Source of the DNA: Klebsormidium nitens
Lineage: Eukaryota; Plantae; Klebsormidiophyceae
Assembly (NCBI GenBank): GCA_000708835.1
Contig: DF237020.1
Coordinates: 175,974-239,973 of the forward strand
DNA length: 64,000 nt
Direction: 5' to 3'
Below the pieces are notes generated by a model, which did not search any database, had not been told where the DNA came from, and worked only from the letters and a program-made list of their open reading frames with translations. The stretch's first letter is position 1, and every line of letters begins with the position of its first letter. Below are positions 13,688 to 26,120 of the stretch, piece after piece. Position numbers and translations under genes: made by a program.

Positions 13688-16600
13688 TTAGATTCGATCA
13701 CTTTGACATGGATGATAAATTTTTTGCTGACATTTGGCCCGCCTTTCCAGCTTTCTTATCCGGGGCGCTTCGGCAACTTCCCGCCCACCTTTGGAGTGCT
13801 CGAGCAACCGCCTGTGCCTGTGCTCGGCCGCGGCCGCCTGCTGTGCCTGACACGTGGCGCACGAGTCGGGCCGCGGGGTCTCGTACGCGCACACGTGGCC
13901 CTTCATCACGTCGTCCGTCATGCTCATCTCCCGGTCCCACCTGCGGACGTACGGCACAATCCTGAGCGCTTATAAAGGATCAGGGGAGACATTATGAGCA
14001 AGTACGTGTCGTGCAGACGTTCTCGAGGTGGCTCGTTCGCCTTCCCTTCTACCACTTTGCAAAGTCTTGCTGTTGCAGAGAAGATTGAAATGCAGACGTT
14101 GGAAACCTTCACCAAACCGTTGCCCACATGCGTGACGGGTCCTCGCTCGGACGACGCAGACCGCAGACAATAAGCGTAGCCAGATGTGAGCCAAGCTTGA
14201 ATACTTAGATAGACGTCCGAAAGGCGGAGACAAAAATCTTGCGTTCCGCCCGCTCACCTGTCCCCGATGATGTAAGCAAGGCTGCTCTCGGCCTTCCACA
14301 TCTTGAGGTTGCGCGCCTGCAAAGCGTGGCCGACGCTCGGAGCGCTGCAGAGCGGATTGGACCGTCAGATCCTCGCGAGAGAAGTTCGGCCGTCGAAAAC
14401 GTTTTCTTTTTAATTGCGGCTTTATGCCATTCAGAGGGCGACGCTTGCCAGCAATGCGGCCATTGGCCGCTGAATAAACTCAGTTGAAAGTCGACAGAGG
14501 TGTTCTTTGGCGGGTGAGCGCTGACGCTAGGCCGTCATTTCTACGACCCCACCTCTGAAGCACTGCATATACAAAGCGACGAGCTAACCCCTAACCTCGG
14601 TTCCCTGACCCGTTGGGATGACTAGGAAGTGTTCCCACTGCGTATTTGCAACGCATGTGCCACGAAGCCGACCCACAATAACGATCGGACGGTCATGCTG
14701 ACACCAGCTCTCCATCGGATCGGTGTGAATGAGCCTCCCTCACCTAAACGCGATGACCGGCATAGGCCCCGTCTCGGGTGACAGGTTGGAGGCCGAAACG
14801 AGCAACGCGAGCCCCGCTCCCATGCCGTGACCTGGCAGAAAGCGCACAATCCTGACGTCAGACAAGATCCTGCTAAAGTGTGCTCTGGAATTGGGCCGAT
14901 CATAAGGTCGCAAAGTTCCGACAGTGACGTGGAAGCGTTCTGCAACCGGCTCTTGGCGTCAGAAGATGAGTGCGTGATCAGCTTCGCTCAGAACGTATCC
15001 CGCCCCATCAGCTCTCCTGTATCCCAACGAAGCAAGCCTACATATCCTAACAATTGACGGATAATCGAAGTCGAAAAGACCTGGTGACTACTCTGTCTTG
15101 TAGATCTCAGAAAAGATCGCCCCCAACCATACACAAAGGTGGGCCTTTTCGGGTTCTTTTTACAACCGCTTTACTTCTACAAAGATCCTTTTCATACTGG
15201 GTCAAACACGAACTCCCGAAGAGAAGAGCAAGTTCCACCTTGCGCTCTTCCGCAGTCCTGCAGAGACGAAGTTGAACGGGAAGTTAATCGACGGAAATGG
15301 AAACCGGGAGCATCGACTTTCAGATACTTACCGGTCAGTAGGATGGACGCCCCGGGGTAAGCTGCGAGCACGCTCCTGGTGTGGTCGATCGCCTGGGAGT
15401 AGTACCCCAGGGTGCGGTAGTTGAACTTCTCCTGGCACTCGAACGCGAAGTCGATGAAGTCGCTGCTCTTGGCGTTCTCGTAGCCGCCGTACCAGAGCAG
15501 GAAGTCCGCGCACCGGTCCGCAAGCCCGTCCAAAGTGTCCGCAGGATTTACCCCCCGGAACGCGATCACGACCTGGCGCGTGTTGTTGAAGTCAACATCC
15601 TGTTTGGAGAGGAATGAAATTGAGCTGAAAACAAGAAGACGTCGAAGATTGTGTTGAGCAGGCCATCAAAAGCGGGGAGTTTGAAGATTAATACTGGACC
15701 AACAAAGACACTGCTTTGGAAGAGTGCTCACTGAGCGCAGCAACCTTATTGGAAACCTCAGCATCTCGTGTGGTGGATCTCTAACTTCATGCGACTTCGA
15801 ATCAATGCTGGGTTTTTTTAAATTTTGTGTACTCTTTGGAAGATCATTGGATGTAGGTCGCCGGCTGTTTGCAAACATGATGGCTGGGCAGTTCAATTGT
15901 GGTGCCATGGACAATTCTGACCAGAGTGGGTGCGCAATGAAGCCTTCATCGTTCAAATGCTACCAGATGTGCAGCTCAGTCTTTAGCAATCTTTTCCCAT
16001 GATTTCAGCTGTCCCTCGATCCTCCCCTCACAGTCTCTTGGGTAACAATCCTTCAAGAGGGGGGACAGCATCCTTCTTCAGGGTCAGCAATGGAGAAGCT
16101 GTGCCAATCGCCAGCCCAAAACCTAAAGTCCAGAGTCACAGACTGCTATCAAGGACACGAGTAGTTTGACCAACCAACCCTTCTAGATGGCCACAACCAA
16201 CATAAGTTGTCTGAAACCTAAAAGAGGCCCCCCTCAGAAACTCGACAATTATCTTCTTCCCGCCAGGGCAGGAGTTAAAGCTCCCACACGACTGATTTCA
16301 GAACACATGCCAGGCCCAAGCTGCCTGGAGCAGCATCCATTGAAGCTGCAGATGAGTTCCAAAGCTTTTTATACTTCCTTACAAAATCCTTAGGCCATGC
16401 TTTTTGAAAGCCTCTTACTCAACTCCAATCCATGCTGTATTGACATCCTCACTGCAAGTTCACTGCATGCTGCAATGACATCCTTACTGCAAATCCGGTC
16501 CATGTTACAATGCCATTCTTGCAGGGCTGCAAACTATCGAAGTGAGCAGCTTCTTGAGACAGACAATTGCTTGGCAGAAAGCAGCTGAACCAGTTTGCGC

Positions 16601-17076
16601 CCGCTCACCACATACGTCAAAGCGTGCATGCCCCCCTTCACCGAACCCACAAACCCAAGGGGATCCCCTGCCAGCTGCCACCCCGCTATTGGCTGCGCCC
16701 TTGGCCACGTCTGCGCATTCATCGTCATCTCTGCAAGCGGCCCAACAAATGCCTGGAACTCCGTTGTATTCACAATCATTAGATGGGAAATCGTGCGCCA
16801 GGTCTTCTGGGGGGCTCGGCTCTGGGCAACCACAGCCCCCTGGGTTGTGAAAAAGCACATGACCAGAGCGAAGCAGACGACTAGGATGACGCCAACTAGA
16901 ATGGAGTGCCGGTGGTGGCGCCATTGCTTTTGGACGGTGTGCCAGGCCGCAGAAAAGACGTCCGAACGGACCGTAGATGGGTCCAAATCGTCCGAAGCGT
17001 CATCTGGGATGATGAGGGAGGCGCGCATGGAGTAGGGCCGGGAGGGAGAGCCGTATAACCCTGGATGCTCAGCCAT
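13688..17076 (-). CDS. Class-3 lipase-fold protein with N-terminal transmembrane anchor and nucleophile Ser replaced by Gly (probable pseudo-enzyme), ~394 aa; exons 16609-17076, 15332-15599, 14744-14831, 14258-14344, 13688-13961
   Basis: TM segment ILVGVILVVCFALVMCFF; VVIAFRG oxyanion-hole motif; LLTGHGMGAGLALL at the GxSxG position; VIAFSAPS; Cys-rich tail GHVCAYE..CATC. All introns are GT-AG, phases are consistent and the frame is open. Confidence 0.8.
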
Positions 17077-17779
17077 GCTAGAGATATGAATTGCAGTAGA
17101 CTGACTCTAAGAAGTAAACCCAAGAGTGCTGACTGATGCAGAGATGGTGGAAGCAGTCCACTATGAAGAACTTGTAGTCAGGTAGGAAATGCGCTTGCCC
17201 AACACCAATGAGGTGCTGCCAGTGCGCGGGCACCTTTGCTAAATTTGGAATGAAACGCAAGGCGCTCAAATGTCGGTGAGTTGCGTTCGCTCTGTTTCTG
17301 CTAGTGCCATATATTATGTGGATAAAATGCTCGATGGTGGTCTCCCTTCAGGTGCTTTCCAGGGCTTTTCAGGTGTCTCCGCAAGATGGTGATTTGCATT
17401 TCGACGAGCTTGCTGCTTTCCAGAAGCCCTCCCCATCTGCCAAAGCTTGAGCGCCTTGACATTGACATCAGGAGCAATGCCAGGGGCAACTGTCAACGCA
17501 GTCTACGGTGTGCGCGCACAGGACCCGTGAAATTTTAGCGGTACCTATTTGGGAGCTGTGCCGGTCGGGCCTTGAGCTACCGGGCAAATGCGTCCCGCCG
17601 TCTGCACTATACCTACCTATATTAGGCACAGCTTGAGACTTGAGTCGAGACCCTCAGAAAACCCATCGGAGACCACGGTACAATCAAGGTACCAGGTTTG
17701 TGTTTGTTCAAACAAAACTTGGGTACCGGACAGCTTCACTTCGTGGTGCACCTGGCAAGGACAAATCAGAACGTCAGAA

Positions 17780-17809
17780 GAGGAGGAGGAGGAGGAGGAG
17801 GAGGAGGAG
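17780..17809 (+). repeat. (GAG)10 microsatellite in the divergent intergenic region between the two lipase-fold genes
   Basis: Direct reading of the sequence. Confidence 0.9.
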
Positions 17810-18123
17810 GGGCGCTTTCGCTGTTGACAAGGGAGGAGAGAGAGGCTCTCATCTTTCCGGTCTGGTCTTCGATGAGCTACCGTAGGTCTAGATCCTATCT
17901 GATTTCTCCCCAGCTCACAGCATTGCGTTTCCATCGGATGATTATACCTCATGACCTACATGCTGAAGCCATCTGAAGAGATTATTCTTTTGCTTCGCCA
18001 ATAGATGCAGCTCAAAGTTTCGTGGTTTGCAAGGAATAAGCTCGCCTTGGTCGAAGCTCCTTCACAAGATGCTGTAGCGTTGGATGCCAGCCCGGGGTCT
18101 GTCAAACTGTCCTAGTCTCCAAC

Positions 18124-21100
18124 ATGGCGGCTGTGGGACGAGGTGTAAGCGCATGCTTCCATGGGAACCTGAAGACCGCCAACTTCATGGTCAGGGCACA
18201 AGTAGAGCTGGAGCTCTGCGACAGGGTGTACAGCATGGAGAGCGATCTCGGACAAGAAATCTCTGTTAAGGTTGAGGACTCAGAAAGGACAATTGCCGCA
18301 AAACTGCTTGCCTTGAAGCCCGGCATTGACATCAAGGATCAGCTGGTCGCTGGCAGCAGTGTGCGGCTTGCAGATAGGGTCGCTTACGCCATGTGGCTCG
18401 TCGATGATGCAGCTTATGGACCTCATCCCACTTTGATATGCACCTTTAAAGGTACTGCAACATTGGAGGACTGGCTTTCAAACCTCCTCTTCCACACAGA
18501 CAAAGCTGGAGCTGACGCACTGGACACTTTTCTCAAGGAGTGTCTGAAAAGGACAGCGCTTGTGCTGGATGATGTGAGGAAGGGAACGGAGTATCGCAGT
18601 CTTCAAGTCCATGCGGGCATTAACCTGGAGATGGGGACTGGCCTGTGGGACCTGCTCGAGGAGACACTCAACATGGAGGCCAAGAATCACCATAGCAGGA
18701 AATTGGCACTTGTTCTAGCAGGTGATTCTTTAATCCATGACACTTTGGAATTTGTATCGAGAGCTGCTTCATGGACACCACCTCTGTGAGAAAGAGCGCT
18801 GCAAATTGCTTTCTTAGGTAGATCAGGCAGGTCACATGCATGACAGGATGAACACCTCAGTTGACTGATGGTGGCATTCACTATGAACTGTTCCGGCAAA
18901 GATTGAAGAGATCTGATGTCATTGTGTCAGGCGGCATGAGCGCGTAAGCAAGATGCAGAAGCTGGTTTCCACATTGGATGGGCTGATTCCTTCTCTCATT
19001 CCAGGTCACTCAAGGGGTGGTGGCCATGCAACGGCTCTGTTCGCCCAAGCAGTTCTACGAGGCAAGGCAGCAATGTTTGCGGGAGGGGGGCTGACCACCT
19101 TTGGGGGAGTGCGAGTCATCGGCACAAGAGAAGGTGTCCAAGTTGTAGAAGACGCAATTAGGTGGGGGAGTTGGACTCTTGTTGGGTCACCTTCGACTGC
19201 AGAATTTCAATAGCCATTTCAGGTTGCCCTTTGACAAAAGTTTGAAATGAAATCTGGGAGGCAGAGGATACCAAACTTGCAGGATTGTGTCTTTGAAGTG
19301 CTAGCCAAATCTGTACTTCTAAATCATAAGCTCAGGTAAACCAGTCTGTGCTGCTGGAGAGAACATCTCTGAAGTGAACCAGTTTTCAGAAGGGCTCGAG
19401 AGAGCAGCTGCCAACTCTGTACTCACGCTTGCTTGATAGGTTAAAGGGCATGTTGAGAGCACAACCGATAGATTTTTGCTCATAGTGTAGGCTGCTTGCT
19501 TCTGTCTCTGTAGTGTGGATGAAATTAAGCGTCGACATGAGATTCTATTTGTGTCTGTCTGTTGCGCAGGGGTCATGACATCAGAATCAACAACTTCGTC
19601 AACGGCTGGGACATCGTGCCCCGCCTCTTCGGAAAGCGCAGCTTGTGTGCCCTCGCCTCCGCCCTTGCTCCACTAGCGAATGAGCCCCAACCCGAAACAG
19701 CTGCACTGTCGCTCGTTGCATCCGGGAATCTTCTGTGGTCCTTCTTTCGATCCAAGTCTGCAGCCTCCGAAGACACCGGGGATAACAAGCAGATAGTCCC
19801 TGGACCAAGCAGCACAACGGCTCTTCTCACGAGGCTGAACGATTTGACTGCAAGAGTCGGCCGGGTTGGAACCAGCTACCAAGTCCTAGGCCAGTGAGTC
19901 AACCCACTCGCCAATCTGATCAGGCACGCCCATGCCTCGTAGAATCAAGTTCGTCGGATCCTTGTTTGTTCAGTTCGCGGTCTTTGAAGGTGATGGAGTT
20001 CTGTTTGTCACATACTTCTTATCACTCTGCTTCCCCAGGTCACGTACGTCTTAGCACTTCTATTCTTCAGGTCCCTTAGCTCTTATTATGACCATCCATT
20101 GTGAGCTTTCGTCGATCGTTCTGACCTTTAGTTGGTGGTTTTCTCTTGACTCATGCCCCTGGAGCTTCAAATCAAGATCTTCAACTCATCTGACTCTGCT
20201 TCGTCCTTCTGCAGGATCCACTACCTGGTACTTGATGACATCATCACCAGCAGGGACGGAGACGCCCCTCCTTTCGCGTGGCAGCACATACTGCATCTGT
20301 CGAAGGGTGTTCCCAATCCAGTACTAGACCATACGCTTGTCGCATATCGAACAAGTCTAGGGAGGTTAAGATCGGGGTCCGTCAAGGTCTTCGTAGCGAA
20401 GAGCAGCCTTGACAATGGTGAGACTCGATATCTCTCCTGCTCTTGTAGCCCTTGATACTTTTCTTGAGTCCATCTCTTGGTCCATCTCAAGTTGTGCATA
20501 CCCTTTCACAGTTGTGCGGGAGGGATCACGCGGATCTTCTCTGTTTGAGCGGATCGCAACTTGTTGAAAGATCTTTTTGCTCGTCGCTGGGAGCTCATCC
20601 GGCAAATTCCAGAGTTGCTCGCAAAGCCTGTGCGCTGCTGCTTATAATGCTGAAAAACTGGCGCTGCTGTCGATTTTGGATCACAGTACTTATGAACTCA
20701 GTCAGGTAAGTTCCAGGGCAGCGGTCGTAAGGGACGCATTTCTTGAGCCAGGTCAGCTTCAGCTTTCTCCTTGGAAGCTCGTCGGCCTTGAAATTTGGGT
20801 TTCAATGAGCAAACAATTTTGACGCAATCACGTCCCCAGAATAACTCGCTGACACTTCTATTCTGCCCTTCAGGCATCCTCCAACGGCTTGCGTCAGCAG
20901 CTCCTGGCATCGAAGCACCGAAGCCTCTGGAGGACCTGTCAATCCAGAGCCCAACTGACCTGGTTCAATCTGTCGTATACGCTGGTGAGGAGCCTTTGTC
21001 TTTGACCTTTTGTGAGATTCTCTTGTTGAAAGTTGCCTTATGACGCTCCCGACGTTGCTCTCTTCAACATCAAGCCGGTCTGCGGTATTTCTATCTGAAC

Positions 21101-24100
21101 TGGGTAGCTTCCGGATGCTTTCCCGTTGCAACTTGGTTGTTGCAGGCAAGAACGTGCTGTTCTCCGATCAAGACCTCACGGCTGAACTAGAGGGAGCGGC
21201 GTCCAGGACTGTCGTCTCCGGTGCTGAGGCGCACCGCTTGGCAGAGGTGGCTCTAAAGGGTGAGTATTTCAGCAGTCGCATGTCCTTTGCCAGACTCTGC
21301 GAGCGTCGCGGCCGAAGATGTTCTTGTCGCTAGCAACTCAAGCCTGAACGGCGACTCTTGCTTTTCCCTGCGTTACGTCTCTTTTGCCGGCTTCATAAAG
21401 GACCGTGCGTTTCAGAAAGGTTGACTGCTTTGCTCTCTTATACGACGCACAATTTCTGAGCGGATGTCAAGAACAAGTAACCTTTGTTCACGAGCTTAAG
21501 TGCTTTTGGACTCGGGCTATTGATGAAGATCTTCTTCTTCGTTTGCAGGATTCCTCTCCTCCGGTTCCGGACTTCTTCTTCAAGCAGCAGCATCAGTGTA
21601 CACCATCTCGATGTGCCACGTCATAGACTCCACTTTGAAGAGCCACGTCGGGGACATGAGAGAAGCGACCGCCAACATCAGAAGTCAACTTTCGGAACTG
21701 AGGACGTCGGTTACGTCCCTGAGCGAAGCGTTGCAAAGCGGGCTGGAGAGCATCCGAGTAACAGTGAAAGAAGAGTTCCAGAAAAGTCACCAGTTCGCGC
21801 TGCTGACAAAGCTAGAGCTGCTGCAGATGAACCTGACAGACTTCCTTGAAGGTGAGGTGATCTTGCCAGACTGCTTACGTTTAGAGACAAATAAGCCTTC
21901 AGCCTATCTTACTTCTCAGTCGCTGTTTGTCAGTCTTCAAGCGCAGAGCATCTTCCGATGAGGATCGTCTACTGCCAGCTTCTGTTTTCGAGCGCACTTT
22001 TAATAGACTCAAACTCAAACTCTTTCGCAATTATTCTTATCAGATCCGCTCACTTTCTTATCCGTTGCAGCTGATGTTAGGAGCCGCTGTAGTGCTGCGG
22101 AACGCTGCCGTAGTTTCGCCGACGAGATCTTCGCCCATCTCAAGGCCTCCTTGAAAGTCTACAAGGAACATCTCAATGGCTGGGACAGGTAATGAGGCGC
22201 GCCCGCAGTCCTTCGCCATGACTTACTGAACAAAACAACATTCTTCAATCAGCAACGTTGAACTCTGGTCACACTACACAGGCGACACAGAGCGATCAAA
22301 GATACCGAGCTGTGCAAGGACTATCTGAACCACTGGGTCACAAATAGTTCCAGTTTACCCTGGTCCTATTTCCCATCTCAGATCCTACACCCCACAATCT
22401 TGTTGCTCGTAACGAGAATGCAAACCATCTTCAGCAGGAAGGTTGAGATCCTTCAGAAGCAATCCCGGGAGCTCACGAAAGAAGCGCCTCATATTGACAG
22501 AACGTTTTTCGCAGGGTTCGTCACTACGAGCTGATGGCCTTTGCGCTCCTCGCGCACAAGTGGGTGGAGCCGCGCGCGGAGTCACGCGCTCGCGTCGAAA
22601 GCCAAGTAGCAGAGGTTCTGGACCTCGTTTCCGCCGAAGCCGCGAGCATCTTGGCGCACCCGCCGATGCGCCTCCTCGTTGCGCACCAAGATTCCGTGGA
22701 GAGGCTTCAAAGCCTGCTCCACATCAAAGCGGCACTGACCGGCGAAACCGGCGGAACCGGAACCGGCGAAATGCTCCCGCGCGCGCCCGCGTTCGAGCAC
22801 TTCCGCGCCCCGCGTTTCATCGAAGATGGACTCACCGACGTGCGCCGCCTCGTCTGGCTGGAGATAGAAGCTGGCTCGACACGTCTCGTCTCGCCGGTAA
22901 GTCAAGTGATGCAGCCTTTGTTGCGGTGTTTGTTGGGGTATGGCACCCGCTGATCTGGATAGAATGCTACATGACAGTCCTGGCGGCTCATATATAACTT
23001 TTGCACAACAGAACGGCGAAAAATACATCCTCTGCAAGTTCGTGGAGCGAAACACGACGACGGGTGCTTGAAGCAGAATTTCGTTGACATCTGAAAGAAA
23101 GGTCTTTACCGGTAGTTTGCTGGGCCCTTATTGATCGTTAAGTGTCTGCTGCACATCCATTCTTGCTCCGTCTTTTCGTCGGGCTGAGACCGGGGCCTCG
23201 TTTCGTCGCAGGATACCTGCCACGTGGCCGATTCACAGATCGAACGCCTGCAAAACTCAGGCGTCTTCTATCCTCGGCGTTTGACTGTCCTCACCTTGGG
23301 GGGTGACGAACGTCTCCTGGACAGCATGACGGAAGATCAGCTGACGTCAAGCCAGCGTTACGTGGCGGGGCCAGGAATAGAAGCTACGCGGAGGTTTCTC
23401 GAAACTCAATGGCCCAGGCAAACGGCGTTGCAAAGCTGGGGCCCAAACACCTGGGGAGAAGCGGGCAGCAGCAAAACAGTTTAGTGAGTCTACGAAATGC
23501 CTACTGCGAAGTAGCCTTTCCTGCGTGACTCTGATGCTGTCGCCTCACGAGTTAGAGCCCCAAGTGATCGCAATACATGCAAGCTTCAGAGACAGGTTTG
23601 TTGTTACTGGTTTCCTGGTGATCGTTCCTGGTGAGAATATGGTCAATAAGACAAAAGCGTAATCCCAAGCTGCGCACTGTTCAGCTGCGCACTGTTCAGC
23701 TCAGGCTTAGAATCACCGTTGAGCTCAGGGTGCTTCTTACGTCTTTTGTCACACTCGCGTCAGTCACGAATTCCCCTGGGCCTTTCAAGCTTCTCGTTAA
23801 CTTGTCCCACGTTTCTTTTGCAGCGCTACTCTCCGGACTCCTTTCTCTGAGAGTCTTGACCAGGCGGCGGCGAAAGAGTGGGCCGAGCAAGTGGGGCAGC
23901 ACGCGGGGGACGCCCTAAGGGACTACGAGCAGTGGCTACCTTGGATACTGGCGGTCACGCAGGTGAATCAGATTCTGCGACCACAGACGTTTTGGTGCTC
24001 TTTATGCTTCTTAGCCGCATCGTGGTTAAGTTGATCGAAGAGCATTTCTTGTTACCATCAATCACTGTGACAGAACCTTTGCAGGATCTGCAAAAGTGAA

Positions 24101-25650
24101 GCTTTAAAGCCGACTCAGCCGATTGTACCAGCTCGGTCGCGTTATTCTGATACTTACCGCTTTTGCACTGCAATGCTACTGCAGGGCCGGGTAATCTCGG
24201 CACTCCCTCATTGCATGCAGGTCAACAATAACGAAGGTTGAAATCAGGTTCGGGCGTGAAGTAATTGCTTGACTGACCGATGGCGCCCTCAGATATTCTG
24301 AACCAAACAATTGCGAATTCGCATTCCGTTCGCCTGCAGATTATCAAGGAGAAAACGGCGGAATTGGATGCAAAAGGAAACCTGACGGACGGCGTGCTTA
24401 AGTTCCTGGACCAAATACGCCGCCAAGCACTCCAGAAGGACGATCTAGAGACGAGCAACACCGCGTGGCGCTTTCTGTTCCAATTCTGCGCGAGCTTGGA
24501 CACTTCCGCCGGTTCCTGGGCCTTCGTCGCGCGGATCGCAGAAACGCTGCTCGAGCCGAAAATGTTCGAGACGGAGGACGCCCGTTCCGCGAGCGCTCTG
24601 CTGCGGAAGCTGTGCGAGTGGCCGGAAGGACGGAAGATCCTCGGCGCTCGGCTGTGCCCGATTTTGCTGCGCGCGCTTGAGACGAGCCCTGACGGTGTCA
24701 CTCGGACGCTTGCTGCTACGACCCTTCTAGAGCTGATTCTCGACGAGGCAGTTGATCTGCCGCCGTACGATGCTTGTCATCCAGTGCTCTTCAGCTCGCC
24801 ACGTGGCACTCTAGCTGGCGGGGAGCCCGCCTATCAGATGCAAGCGCCGCCGGTTCTCGCACAGCTGCTAGCAGCCTTGCACAAAGGGACAGGTTCAGAT
24901 CTGGTACCAAGTGTCGAGCTGCTCCACGTGGCAATCGCGGACGTTATCAGGTGCTTTCACGAGCGCGAATTATATGCCGAGAAGGAGATGTGGCCTACGA
25001 TCGAGATCCTTCTGCAACTTTTGACCGACAGTAACGATGCCCAAAGGGCGCGACTGGCGTTAAGCGTGCTGCTCTCTGCGCGCGAGTGGTTCCGCGCGCG
25101 GTTGCGGGCCTGGGCTGAGTCCTTCAGAGCTTTGGTGGAGTCGGCTACAGCCGCCAAAGACAGCGAAGCCAAGAAGCGCATCTTCGAGCAGCTGCAGACG
25201 CTGAAGCAACTAGAGGGCGAGCTCAAGAAGTGCATCAACCGTCCGGATCTGGAAGAGGACGCGGTTAGGAGCGCTTTTACGCTGTGTGTGGACTTGGAAT
25301 GCAGAGGACGAAGCGACGAGGCAAGTCGCGGGCCGGTAGCATTTGGTCTCGCAGCACAGTTCCGGGAGACATTCACGAAGATGCTAGCCAGCGGCGAAAG
25401 CTTCACGGCCAAGGAAACGAAGGAGCTGAACTCGTTCTCGAGCGGAGATCCTGTCAATTCAGTCTGGAATCCGTTCCGTCTGTTCTATACCCCACGGAAC
25501 GCAGCGGCGAACGCCGGATCCAGAGAACTCCAGCTCAAGGTCCTCCGCATCATCGACAAGAGCCCTTGCGCAGAAAGCTCTCAGCTCGAGACGTCCGGGC
25601 AGATCGCTTTGCTACTGGAGAAATCGTCCGGCTCTCCAACAACTTGCTAG
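18124..25650 (+). CDS. Large protein (~1390 aa): N-terminal class-3 lipase domain fused to a coiled-coil and ARM/HEAT-like helical region; 13-exon model 18124-18721, 19005-19161, 19570-19893, 20215-20417, 20874-20984, 21146-21259, 21549-21851, 22071-22188, 22282-22408, 22501-22896, 23212-23483, 23824-23962, 24340-25650
   Basis: Lipase motifs: ICTFKGT..LEDWLSNL, VHAG, VLAGHSRGGGHA (Ser intact), TTFGG, FVNGWDIVPRL (Asp), VLDHTLVAY (His). All proposed junctions are GT-AG and phase-compatible. The lipase-to-helical junction (20417-20874) and a few middle exons are inferred, so two genes cannot be excluded. Confidence 0.65.
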
Positions 25651-26120
25651 GTCGTCGGGTTTGTGCACAAAAAAGGGTACAGAGTAGCATGTGGCTTACG
25701 TGTCGGCAGTACCTAGTTTCAAAGAAGTGTCGAAGAAGTCACACTATGTCAAGGCTGGTCCGATTTGCTTTTCAGATGAGGATACCAGGACACCTCAAGC
25801 AGTGGACCTGTATCTGATTCGAGATCCTGAAATAGACTCAGCTTGTAACAGACTCTAAACTCAATTGGATTGATAAGAGAAGGTGTGCATGCACATGTCA
25901 TGAGCAATCATGAATCTTACAGTCACTTTTTGTTAAACTTACGCGCTTCACCATGTGCTTTCAATCTTACACCAACTCATGGTCAATTAGTGTCTACTCC
26001 TTTAAGGCCAACTGCCAGACTGTAATGACGCGGTGTGCAGTGCAGGGCCGGTCGGTTGCGCGCCTGTTTTTCATACCTACCAGTTCGCATGAGCCGCCAC
26101 ATGCCAGTAGATTTGCAAAG

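Noticed and set aside
18124-25650. Calling the lipase fusion an EDS1/PAD4 ortholog or an NLR
   Set aside because: No recognisable EP-domain residues and no Walker A/NB-ARC motif; only an architectural analogy is claimed.
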